Program-made: the position numbers and the translations under genes | Shown: positions 10,168-19,913 of the stretch, piece after piece | Numbering within the stretch: position 1 is the first letter of the stretch | Layout: every line of letters starts with the position of its first letter | The notes under the pieces: model-generated | The model's database searches: none | The model's input: the letters and a program-made list of their open reading frames with translations, nothing else | What the model was told of the DNA's origin: nothing | From: a bacterium | GTDB taxonomy: Bacteria > Patescibacteriota > Andersenbacteria > UBA10190 | Direction of reading: 5' to 3' | NCBI GenBank assembly: GCA_043811915.1 | Contig: JBDRMS010000006.1 | Span: forward strand, 86,870 to 150,869 | DNA length: 64,000 nucleotides

Positions 10168-10827
10168 ATGGGGTATCGCTATGACGACTTAGCACCTGGT
10201 GAGGTGTATCATGTTTTTTCGCGTGGGGTGGAGAAGCGAAAAATATTCTTGGATTATAATGATCGTCAGCGCTTTCTGTCTCTATTGATACATTGTTTGC
10301 ACCGGGGGCCAAGTCGTTGTTTTTCATTAAGTAAAAAAATGAAGGAAGAAAATAACTTAGTATTGGGGGGCGAAGGCTTGGTTGATTTACTGTGTTACTG
10401 TCTTATGGATAATCATGTGCATTTGCTGATACGTGAGAATATCGAAGGGGGCACTTCCTTGTATATGCGACGATTACTTACAAGCTATAGTCGTTACTTT
10501 AATATTCGATGTGATCGATCGGGCTCATTGTTTATCCATCCATTCAAGGCAATATTGATTGAACAAGATGAACAGTTGCTTCACGTGAGTCGGTATATTC
10601 ATCTTAACCCATATGTGGCGAGAATTACCGGGGAGATGAGTGGGTATGAGTGGTCGTCTTTGGATAATTACACGTCGGGAGGTTTGAAAAGAAATATAAT
10701 GTGTCACAGAACCCTTATTCATAGCATGATGTCAGCAAATAAGTATCGATCGTTTGTTGAGGATGAAGCTGACTATGCTCGTTCAATTGCAGATGTAGGA
10801 CATTTACTCATTGATTTGGAGGATTAG
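10168..10827 (+). CDS. IS200/IS605-type (REP-associated, RAYT-like) tyrosine transposase homolog, copy 1
   Basis: HuH motif DNHVHLL; conserved SRYIHLNPYVA; the motif positions align with the paralog at 38134-38787, which shares the HuH core (...HxHLLIRE) and the SRYIHLNP block. Confidence 0.7.
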   Translation: MGYRYDDLAPGEVYHVFSRGVEKRKIFLDYNDRQRFLSLLIHCLHRGPSRCFSLSKKMKEENNLVLGGEGLVDLLCYCLMDNHVHLLIRENIEGGTSLYMRRLLTSYSRYFNIRCDRSGSLFIHPFKAILIEQDEQLLHVSRYIHLNPYVARITGEMSGYEWSSLDNYTSGGLKRNIMCHRTLIHSMMSANKYRSFVEDEADYARSIADVGHLLIDLED

Positions 10828-10837
10828 AAGCGCTATA

Positions 10838-10872
10838 GACACAATTCCGAAGATAATCTTCGGAATTGTGTC
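10838..10872. repeat. 35-bp perfect palindrome GACACAATTCCGAAGAT-A-ATCTTCGGAATTGTGTC (right flank of RAYT copy 1)
   Basis: Read directly from sequence; its right half repeats the 21-mer found upstream of the gene. Confidence 0.8.
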
Positions 10873-10936
10873 TATTATTCGCCTGGCTGGTCCCGCGCAA
10901 AGTGGGGCTTTTTTCTTTTGGTGTTATACTGGCGGC

Positions 10937-11659
10937 ATGGGAGTGTATTTGTCCGTAGTCATCCCGGCGTATAACGAAGCGAAGAGACTGCCGAAAACCT
11001 TGAAGGCGACGGTCAAGTATTTGAGTGAGCAGAATTATAACTGGGAAATTGCCGTGGTGGATGATGGATCCAAAGATAAGACAGCAGATTTAGTGCGAGC
11101 GGCAGCAGTTACCGACTCGCGGGTGCAATTGCTGCAATATGGAAATAATCGGGGCAAGGGTTACGCGGTGCGATATGGCATGACTCATGTGTCGGGTGAG
11201 TATCGGCTGTTTATGGACGCGGACAATGCTACCAGCGTTGATCAGGTAAGAAACTTTTTACCATACATGAGCATGGGTTTCGATGTGGTAATTGGTTCTC
11301 GCGATGTACCGGGGGCCGATATTGCCGTGCATCAGCCATGGTGGAAGGAGAAACTGGGCGACCTGGGTAATCTATGGATACGTGCTTGGGCAGTGCCGGG
11401 AATTAAGGATACCCAGGCGGGTTTTAAGCTGTTTTCGGCCAAGGCGTCGGAAGAGGTTTTTTCCCGGTTAACATTGGATCGTTGGGGCTTTGATGTAGAG
11501 GCGCTCGCGGTGGCTCGTTTACTGGAATATAAAGTGTTGGAACGGCCAATTCGTTGGGTGAATGATCCGAATAGTAAGGTGTCGATGAAAGCTTATTCCC
11601 AGGTGTTGCGCGAAGTAGTGCAAGTGAGGCTCAATATCTGGTCAGGTATATATAAGTGA
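10937..11659 (+). CDS. GT2 family glycosyltransferase (polyprenyl-phosphate sugar synthase-like)
   Basis: MGVYLSVVIPAYNEAKR...VDDGSKD GT-A/DXD signatures; ATG at 10937 preferred over the TTG at 10811. Confidence 0.8.
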   Translation: MGVYLSVVIPAYNEAKRLPKTLKATVKYLSEQNYNWEIAVVDDGSKDKTADLVRAAAVTDSRVQLLQYGNNRGKGYAVRYGMTHVSGEYRLFMDADNATSVDQVRNFLPYMSMGFDVVIGSRDVPGADIAVHQPWWKEKLGDLGNLWIRAWAVPGIKDTQAGFKLFSAKASEEVFSRLTLDRWGFDVEALAVARLLEYKVLERPIRWVNDPNSKVSMKAYSQVLREVVQVRLNIWSGIYK

Positions 11660-11676
11660 CTAGCAACCAGTGAACT

Positions 11677-12762
11677 ATGAGAGAGCAGACAAAAATCGCC
11701 AGGAATAAACGTGAAAAAGTTAAGCTATTGTCTAGACAACAAAAAGAAGTTGGTGAAATCAGGCAGGACCTGGTGACCGGAAAATGGGTAGTGGTGGCCT
11801 CCGGTCGGGCTAAACGACCGGGTGATTTTACAAAAGACAGGACCCGGCCGAAAGCAAAGCCGAAGTATAAGGAAGGATGTCCCTTTTGCCAGTTGGACAG
11901 GTTTCCGCAGAAGGCTGATGTGCTGCGCTTGCCGGATGACCCGGATGAATGGCAGCTACATATTTTTCCTAATAAATATCCTGCCTTTTTGCCCAAGGAT
12001 GATTATCGCAGCTGGAGCCAAGGGCCATATCGAGCTATTGAATCTGTGGGCTACCACGAAGTGTTGGCTACTCGCTGGCATCATCAAGTTGATGCGTTAC
12101 TGACTGAATCGGAGCTGGCGCTGCAGCTGGAGGCGTTGGTAATACGCTACCGCCAGCTGCGGGAGAAACCATCGGTGAATTACATCCAGATAATAAAGAA
12201 TCATGGGGAGGCTTCGGGTGCTTCTTTGGAACATCCTCATCATCAAATATTAACGGTGCCGGTGTTGCCGCGGGACGTGTACGATATTTTGCACGGGGCA
12301 CAGCAGTACGCGGGGCAGCACAACCAGGAGCCGTATCAGGTAATACTGGATTTTGAGACAGGAGAGGGGAAGAGAATTGTGCAGGATAACGAACACTTTG
12401 TGGCTTTTTGCCCCTATGCTTCGCGAGTACCATTTGAGATGTGGGTGTTACCCAGGAGACATGATCCTTATTTTGAGAACATTGGGCCTGAAGAGCGCGA
12501 GTCTTTGGCGGTGATTTTACAGAATGTAATGGCAAAATTGTATAGGGGATTGAACGACCCGCCGTACAATTATTATATACTGTCGGCCCCCTGCGATGAG
12601 ACTGGTTTTACTAACGACAAAAATAAGTTTTCGCATTTTCGCTGGCACGTGCAGATATTACCGCGTCTCAATGTGTGGGGAGGTTTTGAAATGGGGACGG
12701 GGTTGGAGATTACTGAAACAGTGCCGGAAGACTCAGCTATCTTTTTGCGGGAGATAACTTAA
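11677..12762 (+). CDS. galT: galactose-1-phosphate uridylyltransferase-like (HIT superfamily)
   Basis: CPFC zinc motif and HPHHQ (GalT HPH active-site motif). Confidence 0.65.
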   Translation: MREQTKIARNKREKVKLLSRQQKEVGEIRQDLVTGKWVVVASGRAKRPGDFTKDRTRPKAKPKYKEGCPFCQLDRFPQKADVLRLPDDPDEWQLHIFPNKYPAFLPKDDYRSWSQGPYRAIESVGYHEVLATRWHHQVDALLTESELALQLEALVIRYRQLREKPSVNYIQIIKNHGEASGASLEHPHHQILTVPVLPRDVYDILHGAQQYAGQHNQEPYQVILDFETGEGKRIVQDNEHFVAFCPYASRVPFEMWVLPRRHDPYFENIGPEERESLAVILQNVMAKLYRGLNDPPYNYYILSAPCDETGFTNDKNKFSHFRWHVQILPRLNVWGGFEMGTGLEITETVPEDSAIFLREIT

Positions 12763-12765
12763 TCT

Positions 12766-13242
12766 ATGTGGAAAACTATGCTAGCCACGGTTGTTTTGGC
12801 GATGATGCCGGTGGGAGAACTCCGAGGGGCTTTGCCGGTGGCACTGGTGGTTTATAAATTGCCGGTAGCGCTGGCAGTGGCACTGGCTGTTCTGGGTAAT
12901 ATGTTGCCGATCTATTTCCTGTTGCGGTATATAGGGCCAGTGACAGAATGGATGAGTGGGCGTTCCGGGATAGTAGATCGTTTTGTGCTGTGGTTGTTTG
13001 AACGCACGCGGCGCAAGTTAAGTGAAAGAGTGGAGCGATATAGTTATTGGGCTTTGGCGTTGTTTGTGGCCGTTCCTTTGCCAGTGACGGGGGCCTGGAC
13101 GGGAGCCCTGGCTGCTTTTGTCTTTGGTTTGCCTAGACAGAAATCGTTTATAGCAATTCTGATAGGCGTTTGCATTTCGGCATCGATAGTAACGGTACTA
13201 ACCCTGGGTAGCGTGGCTGCTGTGTTAAACTTATTGGCGTAG
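12766..13242 (+). CDS. small membrane protein, Sm_multidrug_ex-like
   Basis: PVGELRGALPVALV...LGNMLPIYFLL pattern; four predicted TM helices. Confidence 0.45.
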   Translation: MWKTMLATVVLAMMPVGELRGALPVALVVYKLPVALAVALAVLGNMLPIYFLLRYIGPVTEWMSGRSGIVDRFVLWLFERTRRKLSERVERYSYWALALFVAVPLPVTGAWTGALAAFVFGLPRQKSFIAILIGVCISASIVTVLTLGSVAAVLNLLA

Positions 13243-13253
13243 TAAATATAACT

Positions 13254-14033
13254 ATGGAGAAGAAATCATTAGTGGTAGGCAACTGGAAAATGGAATTGTC
13301 GCATAAAGGTGAGCTGGAATTGGCCCGGGCCTTAAAGCGACAGTTCAAAGATGTGGCTTTGCCTGATACGGAAGTGGTGGTGTGCCCCTCGCATCCTTCT
13401 TTGGGGGTGGTGAGTGAGGAGTTGGGATTAAGAGGGAAAATAATGGTGGGAGCGCAACACGTGCATTGGGAAGAAAAAGGAGCCTGGACGGGCGAGGCGT
13501 CGGTGTTACAAGTGGCGCCGTATGTGAAATGGTGTATTGTGGGGCATTCAGAGCAGCGGACTTTGACGAGAATGACGGAAGAAGGAGTACAGCGGACGGC
13601 CAACATGCTTATGCAACACGGTATAATGCCGGTAGTGTGTATTGGAGAGACGGGAGAGGAGCGTGAAGCAGACCAGACGACAAATAAAGTGACAGATCAA
13701 ATTAGGGTGCTTTTAAGTAAGTTGATGCGTACGAGTCTGCCGAAAATTGCGGTGGCGTATGAACCAATCTGGGCTATTGGAACGGGAGATACGCCAGATC
13801 CAAATGATGTGGCTGGAATAATGTTGTTGATGCGGAAAATTGTAGCCGGGCGTTTTGGCAATGAAGCAGCCCAGCGCCTGCGTATTTTGTATGGTGGCAG
13901 TGTAAAATCGAGTAATGTGGGAGAGTATGTCAGAGAGCCGGGAGTGGACGGGGTATTAGTAGGCGGGGCATCGGTGGAGCCGCGCCAGTTTGTGGATATT
14001 GTGAAGATTGTGCAGGAAGCGGCGGAGGCTTAA
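13254..14033 (+). CDS. tpiA: triosephosphate isomerase
   Basis: GNWKM, AYEPIWAIGTG, YGGSV motifs. Confidence 0.92.
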   Translation: MEKKSLVVGNWKMELSHKGELELARALKRQFKDVALPDTEVVVCPSHPSLGVVSEELGLRGKIMVGAQHVHWEEKGAWTGEASVLQVAPYVKWCIVGHSEQRTLTRMTEEGVQRTANMLMQHGIMPVVCIGETGEEREADQTTNKVTDQIRVLLSKLMRTSLPKIAVAYEPIWAIGTGDTPDPNDVAGIMLLMRKIVAGRFGNEAAQRLRILYGGSVKSSNVGEYVREPGVDGVLVGGASVEPRQFVDIVKIVQEAAEA

Positions 14034-14038
14034 TTGTT

Positions 14039-14908
14039 ATGTTGATCAGACCACACGAGTTGCTGACAAATGCCATGGATAGCGACTTTGCTATTGGGGC
14101 TTTTAATACATCTAATTTAGAAATAACCCAGGCAATCGTGGCGGCGGCGGCGGCGCAATCGTCGCCGGTGATTGTACAGACTTCGGAGGGAGCAATTGAG
14201 TACGCAGGCCTCAAGGTATTGACGCAAATTGTTAAGACGATTGCTGAAGAATGTGAAGTGCCGGTGGTGTTGCATTTGGATCATGGTAAAAGCCCGGCGG
14301 TGGTTAAAAGATGTATTGAGGCTGGCTATGGATCGGTGATGATTGATGCGTCAAGGGAGTCTTTTGAGGATAATATAAGCATGACGCGTGAGGTGGTAGC
14401 TTACGCGCATGAGCGGGGAGTGTGGGTGGAGGCTGAACTGGGAGCAATTTTGGGGGCGGAAGGAATGAAGAACCTTAAAGAAGACCGCACGCCGGACGAA
14501 ATGTTAACTGACCCAAGCCAAGCGGAGCAATTTGTTGAAGAGACCAGGGTTGATGCTTTAGCGGTGTCGGTGGGCACGATGCATGGTGCTTTTACCGGCA
14601 AAGAATATATTCGTTTTGAGTTAGTAGAAAAATTGGGCCACCTGTTGATGCGAGTACCGCTGGTCTTGCATGGGGCGTCCGGGATTACGGCGGAGCATTT
14701 ACAGAAGGTGGCTCGGTCTAACGTGTGCAAGGTAAACATCGATACGGAGATGAGAATTGCCTTTGAAGGGGCGGTTAAGGCTTATTTTAGCCAGGGGCAT
14801 AAGGGATACGACCCGCGTAAAATTATCGGACCGGCGCGAGAGGCGGTGCAGAGGGTGGTCGAAGAGAAGATAAAGATACTTGGCTCGGCGGACCGAGTAA
14901 GGGTATGA
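14039..14908 (+). CDS. fba: class II fructose/tagatose-bisphosphate aldolase
   Basis: LHLDHGKS and MIDAS motifs; ~289 aa. Confidence 0.88.
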   Translation: MLIRPHELLTNAMDSDFAIGAFNTSNLEITQAIVAAAAAQSSPVIVQTSEGAIEYAGLKVLTQIVKTIAEECEVPVVLHLDHGKSPAVVKRCIEAGYGSVMIDASRESFEDNISMTREVVAYAHERGVWVEAELGAILGAEGMKNLKEDRTPDEMLTDPSQAEQFVEETRVDALAVSVGTMHGAFTGKEYIRFELVEKLGHLLMRVPLVLHGASGITAEHLQKVARSNVCKVNIDTEMRIAFEGAVKAYFSQGHKGYDPRKIIGPAREAVQRVVEEKIKILGSADRVRV

Positions 14909-14920
14909 TAGACTGATAGT

Positions 14921-15928
14921 ATGTCTGATACAGCAGAAAAGTTTGATGTAATTGCGATTGGTGACACCACGCAGGATATTTTTTTGGAAATGAGCGATGC
15001 TATTGTGCAATGTGATTTAAATGGAGAAAACTGTCGCATATCCTTTAACTATGCAGACAAGATTGTGGTAGACAAGAAAACAGATGTACCGGCAGTGGGT
15101 AACGCGGCCAACCACGCCGTTGGAGTAGCCAGGCTGGGTTTACATTCGGCGGTGTATACGATGGTAGGTGACGACGAGCAAGGGCAGCGAGCAAGGCACG
15201 TGTTTGCGGAAAATAATGTGGATACGCGTTATGTGGTGTTTGATAAGTTGCATGGTACGAATCTCTCGATGGTTATTAATTATCGGGGGGAACGTACAAT
15301 CTTTGTCTACCATGAGCCTCGTGACTATGAATTACCGGAGCTGGCTGATACTAAATGGATATATTTGACATCGGCTTCCGGCAAAGGAGTATTGCGGTTG
15401 CACGAGCAGGTACTCAAGTATCTGGAGAGTAACCAGAAAGTTAAGATGGCGTTTAATCCGGGTACACATCAGATGCACCTGGGATTGGAAAAGTTAAAAC
15501 CATTGCTGGCCAGGACTGACGTGCTATTTCTTAATCGTGAAGAGTCGGCAGAAGTGCTGGGAGTGAAGACTCGCGGAATTGATGATTTAGCCAAAGGCTT
15601 TCATGACTTGGGAGTAAAGACTATGGTGCTGACTGATGGGCCGGATGGGTCTTATGTGTCGGGCGGGGGTGGTATCAGGTTTTTGAAAATATTTCGCGGG
15701 CCGGTGGTAGAAAGAACAGGAGCGGGCGACTCTTATGGGGCTGGTTTTCTAAGTGCGATTATTCGTGATAAGCCGGTGGAGGAAGCGATGTTATGGGGTA
15801 ATGGCAATTCAACTTCGGTGTTGCAGTACATTGGAGCACGCCAAGGCTTACTAGATGAGGAGGCAGTGAGCAAGATAATAGAGGAAAACAGTGATATAAT
15901 TGTTGAGAAATATAATAATGTCGGTTAA
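14921..15928 (+). CDS. PfkB-family carbohydrate kinase (candidate phosphofructokinase/sugar kinase)
   Basis: GAGDSYGAGFL PfkB signature 2; N-terminal GG/NXXE-type sugar-binding region; sits inside the glycolytic cluster. Confidence 0.75.
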   Translation: MSDTAEKFDVIAIGDTTQDIFLEMSDAIVQCDLNGENCRISFNYADKIVVDKKTDVPAVGNAANHAVGVARLGLHSAVYTMVGDDEQGQRARHVFAENNVDTRYVVFDKLHGTNLSMVINYRGERTIFVYHEPRDYELPELADTKWIYLTSASGKGVLRLHEQVLKYLESNQKVKMAFNPGTHQMHLGLEKLKPLLARTDVLFLNREESAEVLGVKTRGIDDLAKGFHDLGVKTMVLTDGPDGSYVSGGGGIRFLKIFRGPVVERTGAGDSYGAGFLSAIIRDKPVEEAMLWGNGNSTSVLQYIGARQGLLDEEAVSKIIEENSDIIVEKYNNVG

Positions 15929-16922
15929 ATTGGCCGTTAATGGGTTTGGCAGAATAGGTAGGGCGGTGTTTAAGTTGGCGTTGGAGCAAAATGGAATAGA
16001 CCTGGTGGCAGTAAATGATTTAGGGGACATTGAAAATCTGGTGTATTTGCTGAAATACGATTCTGTATATGGCAGGTATGGTCAGGGAGTAAAAGTGGAG
16101 GGGAGTGAAATTGTGGTGGATGAGGACCGGGTGGCAGTGCTGAGTGAACCTGATCCGACTAAGCTGCCGTGGGAGAAGATGGAGGTAGACGTGGTGATAG
16201 AGTCGACGGGCGTATTTACAGAAGAAGAAGAGGCGCGCGGGCACATTGAGGCGGGGGCCAAACATGTCATAATATCGGCGCCAACCAAGAGTGAGGGAGT
16301 GCCGACGGTGGTAACGGGAGTGAATGACAAGGAACTTAAGGGTAAAGAGATAATTTCTAACGCCTCCTGCACTACGAACTGTGCGGCGCCAGTGGCGGCG
16401 GTGATGGACAATGTGTTCGGGGTGAAAAAGGCGTTGCTGACAACGGTGCATGCTTACACGTCTTCACAGGGTTTGGTAGATGGGCCGAGTAAAAAGGATT
16501 GGCGTCGGGGCCGGGCGGCGGCCGTGAACATGATACCGGCATCGACGGGGGCGGCGATAGCGGCCACTCGTGCTATGCCGTCTCTGGAAGGAAAATTTGA
16601 TGGAGTGGCGGTGCGGGTGCCGCTATCGGTGGTATCGATTAGCGACTTCAGTTTTGTGTTGAAGAAAAAAGCGACGGTGGAAGAAATAAATGAGGCTTTC
16701 AAAGAGGCGGCGGTCAATCCGATTTACAAGGGAGTACTGGCAGTGACGGATGAGCCGGCGGTGTCCAGTGATTTCATCGGCGATCCGCACTCGGCTATTG
16801 TAGATTTGTCAATGACGCGAGCGGTGGATGGGGATTTAGTTAAAGTAATGGCCTGGTATGACAACGAGTGGGGTTACAGCAATAGACTGGTGGAACAGGT
16901 ATTGGAAATTAGTTGCCGCTAG
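15918..16922 (+). CDS. gap: glyceraldehyde-3-phosphate dehydrogenase
   Basis: VNGFGRIGR and SCTTNC motifs; ATG at 15918. Confidence 0.92.
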   Translation: MSVKLAVNGFGRIGRAVFKLALEQNGIDLVAVNDLGDIENLVYLLKYDSVYGRYGQGVKVEGSEIVVDEDRVAVLSEPDPTKLPWEKMEVDVVIESTGVFTEEEEARGHIEAGAKHVIISAPTKSEGVPTVVTGVNDKELKGKEIISNASCTTNCAAPVAAVMDNVFGVKKALLTTVHAYTSSQGLVDGPSKKDWRRGRAAAVNMIPASTGAAIAATRAMPSLEGKFDGVAVRVPLSVVSISDFSFVLKKKATVEEINEAFKEAAVNPIYKGVLAVTDEPAVSSDFIGDPHSAIVDLSMTRAVDGDLVKVMAWYDNEWGYSNRLVEQVLEISCR

Positions 16923-17706
16923 TCAGGCGGTGTTTGCCTGCTCCCTGCGCATACAGTTGTTGGACCTGGGACAGGGTTATAGCCTCGCCATAAACACGGA
17001 TGTCATCTAGGGTAGAGTTTATCATATAACCCATGTATGCTATGGCAGGAAGGGAAGATGATACCCAGCTGGCTGGCGTGATCTGCTCTGTTTTATCCTG
17101 TTCATCATTCACATAGATCGTCGCATACCTGGTGTCTTTATTGTAAGTTCCGGAGACAAAGTACCACTGGCCAACTTCAAGGACTTTATTGCCTGTAACG
17201 GATCGGCTTCCAATATATAGCATTATTTTGCTGGTGGACGTTAAATAGAGCAAAGTTCGGGTATCGATGTTTGGTGTGTAGTAGTAAATATACTTGTTGG
17301 TTGCTGGTATCTGGTTGATTTTGATCCAGGCGCTGATAGTAACGTTGGAACCTGATAGGTTTAGGGTATTGTCGCTTACTGTGGATACATAATCGTTGGT
17401 GGCATCAAATTCCAGTGCCTTTCCATTATTTACGCCATCAACGCGGGCAGCGCCATTCCTGATTGTACCGTTGTTTTTACCCTGACAGGTGTCGAAGGCG
17501 GTAGTACTGGAGGTTTCTTCAAAATCCCACATGCCAACGCATTCGGCCACCACGGAACGGTGAACCTGGCCGGCATAATTTATTTTGTTGGCCATAATGG
17601 CTTTTTCCCGCGCGTAGCCGATGGCGACGAGGACTAGCCCAACCAGTACGCCGATGATGGCGATGACGACAAGGAGCTCTATGAGCGTGAAGCCTTGTTT
17701 GTTCAC
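16909..17706 (-). CDS. type IV pilin-like protein with prepilin N-terminal methylation motif and a ~230 aa globular domain
   Basis: [22 protein letters not shown] class III signal/N-methylation site; converges on and overlaps the gap 3' end by 14 nt. Confidence 0.8.
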   Translation of the reverse strand: MNKQGFTLIELLVVIAIIGVLVGLVLVAIGYAREKAIMANKINYAGQVHRSVVAECVGMWDFEETSSTTAFDTCQGKNNGTIRNGAARVDGVNNGKALEFDATNDYVSTVSDNTLNLSGSNVTISAWIKINQIPATNKYIYYYTPNIDTRTLLYLTSTSKIMLYIGSRSVTGNKVLEVGQWYFVSGTYNKDTRYATIYVNDEQDKTEQITPASWVSSSLPAIAYMGYMINSTLDDIRVYGEAITLSQVQQLYAQGAGKHRLTSGN

Positions 17707-17720
17707 AGTGATATTGTAAC

Positions 17721-18479
17721 ATGATTAATGTGAGTCTGAAGTTCATTTGTTTGAATTTATGGCATGGAGGGATGTTGTGGGATGAATTGGCGGATTGGTT
17801 GCAGAATGAGCAGGCAGATATTCTGGCCCTGCAAGAGGTATATAAAAGTGATGATCAAAGTCTGGAAAAGCGTTATCGATCGCTTGAGGAATTAAGTCAG
17901 GCTTTGGCTTTGCCTTATTATTCTTTTGCACCGGCATTCCGGGACTTGAGATTTGAGGTGGCGGAGATGGGGAACGGCGTGTTATCAAAATTTCCCGTTG
18001 AAGCAGAAAATGTGGTGTTTTATGATGTGCCCTACGACGATAATTTTACGGAAAGTGAGGACTTTACTTATGTGCCCAGGAATCTCCAGCATGTCACAGT
18101 CAGGATTGGTGGAAATACGTTAAATGTGTTTAATACGCAGGGGATATGGGGGCTTGACGGCGATGATAATGAGCGGCGGCTTAACATGGCCAAGACTATA
18201 GTTAAGGAAATAGGGGATAAAGAAAATGTTGTGCTGGCTGGAGACTTTAATGTAAAGGAAAAGACAAAAACGGTGGGTATTATCGAGGAGCGGTTAACTA
18301 ATGTTTTTAAGGGCGAGTTGAAGTCATCTTTTAATATGAAGCGGAAAAAAGACGGTGGTTTCGGCACGGCTGTGGTAGATATGATTTTTGTCAGTAAAGA
18401 AATTAAAATTGTTGAGCACTACGTGCCCAAAGTAGACGTAACAGACCATATGCCGCTGGCGGTAGTGCTGGAAATATAA
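17721..18479 (+). CDS. endonuclease/exonuclease/phosphatase (EEP) family protein
   Basis: LALQEV...LAGDFNV...TDHMP motifs typical of the EEP fold. Confidence 0.7.
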   Translation: MINVSLKFICLNLWHGGMLWDELADWLQNEQADILALQEVYKSDDQSLEKRYRSLEELSQALALPYYSFAPAFRDLRFEVAEMGNGVLSKFPVEAENVVFYDVPYDDNFTESEDFTYVPRNLQHVTVRIGGNTLNVFNTQGIWGLDGDDNERRLNMAKTIVKEIGDKENVVLAGDFNVKEKTKTVGIIEERLTNVFKGELKSSFNMKRKKDGGFGTAVVDMIFVSKEIKIVEHYVPKVDVTDHMPLAVVLEI

Positions 18480-18481
18480 AA

Positions 18482-18528
18482 GCCTTCGTCATGTAGAGGG
18501 GATTAATCTAAAGTTACATGGCGAAGGC
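18482..18528 (+). repeat. hairpin (14-bp stem, 1 mismatch, 19-nt loop) 3 nt after the EEP stop
   Basis: GCCTTCGTCATGTA ... TACATGGCGAAGGC. Confidence 0.6.
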
Positions 18529-18563
18529 AGAGTACCGCAGCGTGGTTAAAGTGCACGAAAGGG

Positions 18564-18623
18564 CCCCCCTGTCGTTCCGATCAAGTCATCCCACTAACAT
18601 TAAAGAAAGGAACGACAGGGGGG
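18564..18623 (+). promoter_or_regulatory. perfect 15-bp stem / 30-nt loop hairpin in the pgk leader, followed by a 14-nt tandem direct repeat (18646-18674)
   Basis: CCCCCCTGTCGTTCC ... GGAACGACAGGGGGG; TGTATCAAGCCAAT x2. Confidence 0.5.
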
Positions 18624-18717
18624 CAGGGAAAGCGACACAAGGTTATTGTATCAAGCCAATTGTATCAAGCCAATTGAAAAAATACAATTTAGGCGTAATA
18701 GAGGTATTATTAAGAGT

Positions 18718-19902
18718 ATGGAAAAAAGGCGATTGAGAACAATGGACGATGTGTTCCTGGATGGAAAGAGAGTACTGGTGCGGGTAGATTTTAATGTAGC
18801 AAGCGGTAAAGACGGAATGATAGCTGAAGGAGATGATTATCGAATAAAGGCAGCTTTGCCGACGATTGAAGAATTAATACAGAGGAGATGCAAGGTGCTA
18901 CTGCTGACTCATCGAGGTCGCCCGCAGGAGGGGGATAGTAATGTGGATGTGGAGCCGGTGCGCTGGCGGTTGGAAAGGCTGCTGGGGGAAAGGGTAATGA
19001 TCTTGAAACACCTGGCCGGGAATGATGTTGAGGCGATGGTAACCGGCATGGAACAGGGGAGAGTGACTATGCTGCCTAATGTGCGGCTGGACGTCCGGGA
19101 GGAAACCGGCAACGAAAAATTTGCTGCTGAGCTAGCCAGGGTGGCGGAGGTTTATGTCAATGAGGCTTTTAGCGTATTGCATAGGGACCATGCCTCGGTG
19201 TCAAAAGTACCAAAGCTGCTGCCGGCCTGTGCGGGCAGGCGTACGGTGCAAGAATATGAAGTACTGTCTAGACTGATGGAACGGCCGCAGCGTTCATATG
19301 TGGCGGTGGTGAGTGGGGCAAAGTTACACACTAAAGTTAATTTATTAGACAAACTGCTGGTTTCGGTTGATAAATTGTGCCTGGGGGGGATTATTGCCAA
19401 TGCTTTTTTAGCGGCGCAAGGTAAGTGTACGTTGGAGCAGTGTGATAGCGACAGTGTGGCGGTGGCGAAACGTCTGTTAGGGCGGGCGGCTGATAAAATT
19501 GTATTGCCGGAAGATGTGGTGGTGGGTCCGGCAAGTGGTGATAATTCTGCGGTTAGGGTGTTATCTGTTGATAATATCCCCGGTGATGCGGCTGGAATAT
19601 GGGACGTGGGACCGGCATCGGTGGAGCGTTATATGAATGTTTTGCGGCAAGCCAAGACGATTATGTGGAATGGTCCGTTGGGCATGTTTGAGGTGAAGGC
19701 TTACGCAGCGGGAACGGCGGGATTAGCGCGGGGCATGGCAGACTTGGATGCGTGGCGGGTGGTGGGCGGAGGAGATACCATTAGTGCGCTGGCCAGGCAG
19801 GGACTTGTGAAGAAGTTTAACCACGTATCGGTAGGGGGCGGAGCGATGGTTGCTTTTTTGGGCGGCGAGGCCATGCCGGGACTTGAGCCGCTGTTTGATT
19901 AG
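18718..19902 (+). CDS. pgk: phosphoglycerate kinase
   Basis: LVRVDFNVP N-terminal motif; ATG at 18718; ~394 aa. Confidence 0.9.
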   Translation: MEKRRLRTMDDVFLDGKRVLVRVDFNVASGKDGMIAEGDDYRIKAALPTIEELIQRRCKVLLLTHRGRPQEGDSNVDVEPVRWRLERLLGERVMILKHLAGNDVEAMVTGMEQGRVTMLPNVRLDVREETGNEKFAAELARVAEVYVNEAFSVLHRDHASVSKVPKLLPACAGRRTVQEYEVLSRLMERPQRSYVAVVSGAKLHTKVNLLDKLLVSVDKLCLGGIIANAFLAAQGKCTLEQCDSDSVAVAKRLLGRAADKIVLPEDVVVGPASGDNSAVRVLSVDNIPGDAAGIWDVGPASVERYMNVLRQAKTIMWNGPLGMFEVKAYAAGTAGLARGMADLDAWRVVGGGDTISALARQGLVKKFNHVSVGGGAMVAFLGGEAMPGLEPLFD

Positions 19903-19913
19903 ATATACGAAGT

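Noticed and set aside
12766-13242. Assigning a transport function (small multidrug export protein) to the 158-aa membrane protein
   Set aside because: Only a short N-terminal pattern (PVGELR...LGN.LP) matches the Sm_multidrug_ex family, whose function is itself unproven. The call is left as a family-level guess.
319-16451. Numerous antisense and alternative-frame ORFs inside r-protein, galT, gap and other genes (e.g. 319-519, 538-741, 1049-1396, 12068-12535, 16020-16451)
   Set aside because: They are fully nested in well-supported conserved genes on the opposite strand or frame. Their translations are low-complexity, and this is typical GC-rich shadow-ORF noise.
18560-18625. Possible tRNA (GTTCCGATC resembles a T-loop)
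   Set aside because: The stem partner lies 30 nt away. There is no acceptor stem, D-arm or anticodon arm geometry. It is a simple long hairpin.
18518-18736. 72-aa ORF in the pgk leader
   Set aside because: It spans the hairpin and direct-repeat region and overlaps the pgk start. It has no RBS and no recognisable domain, so the region is more plausibly a structured non-coding element.
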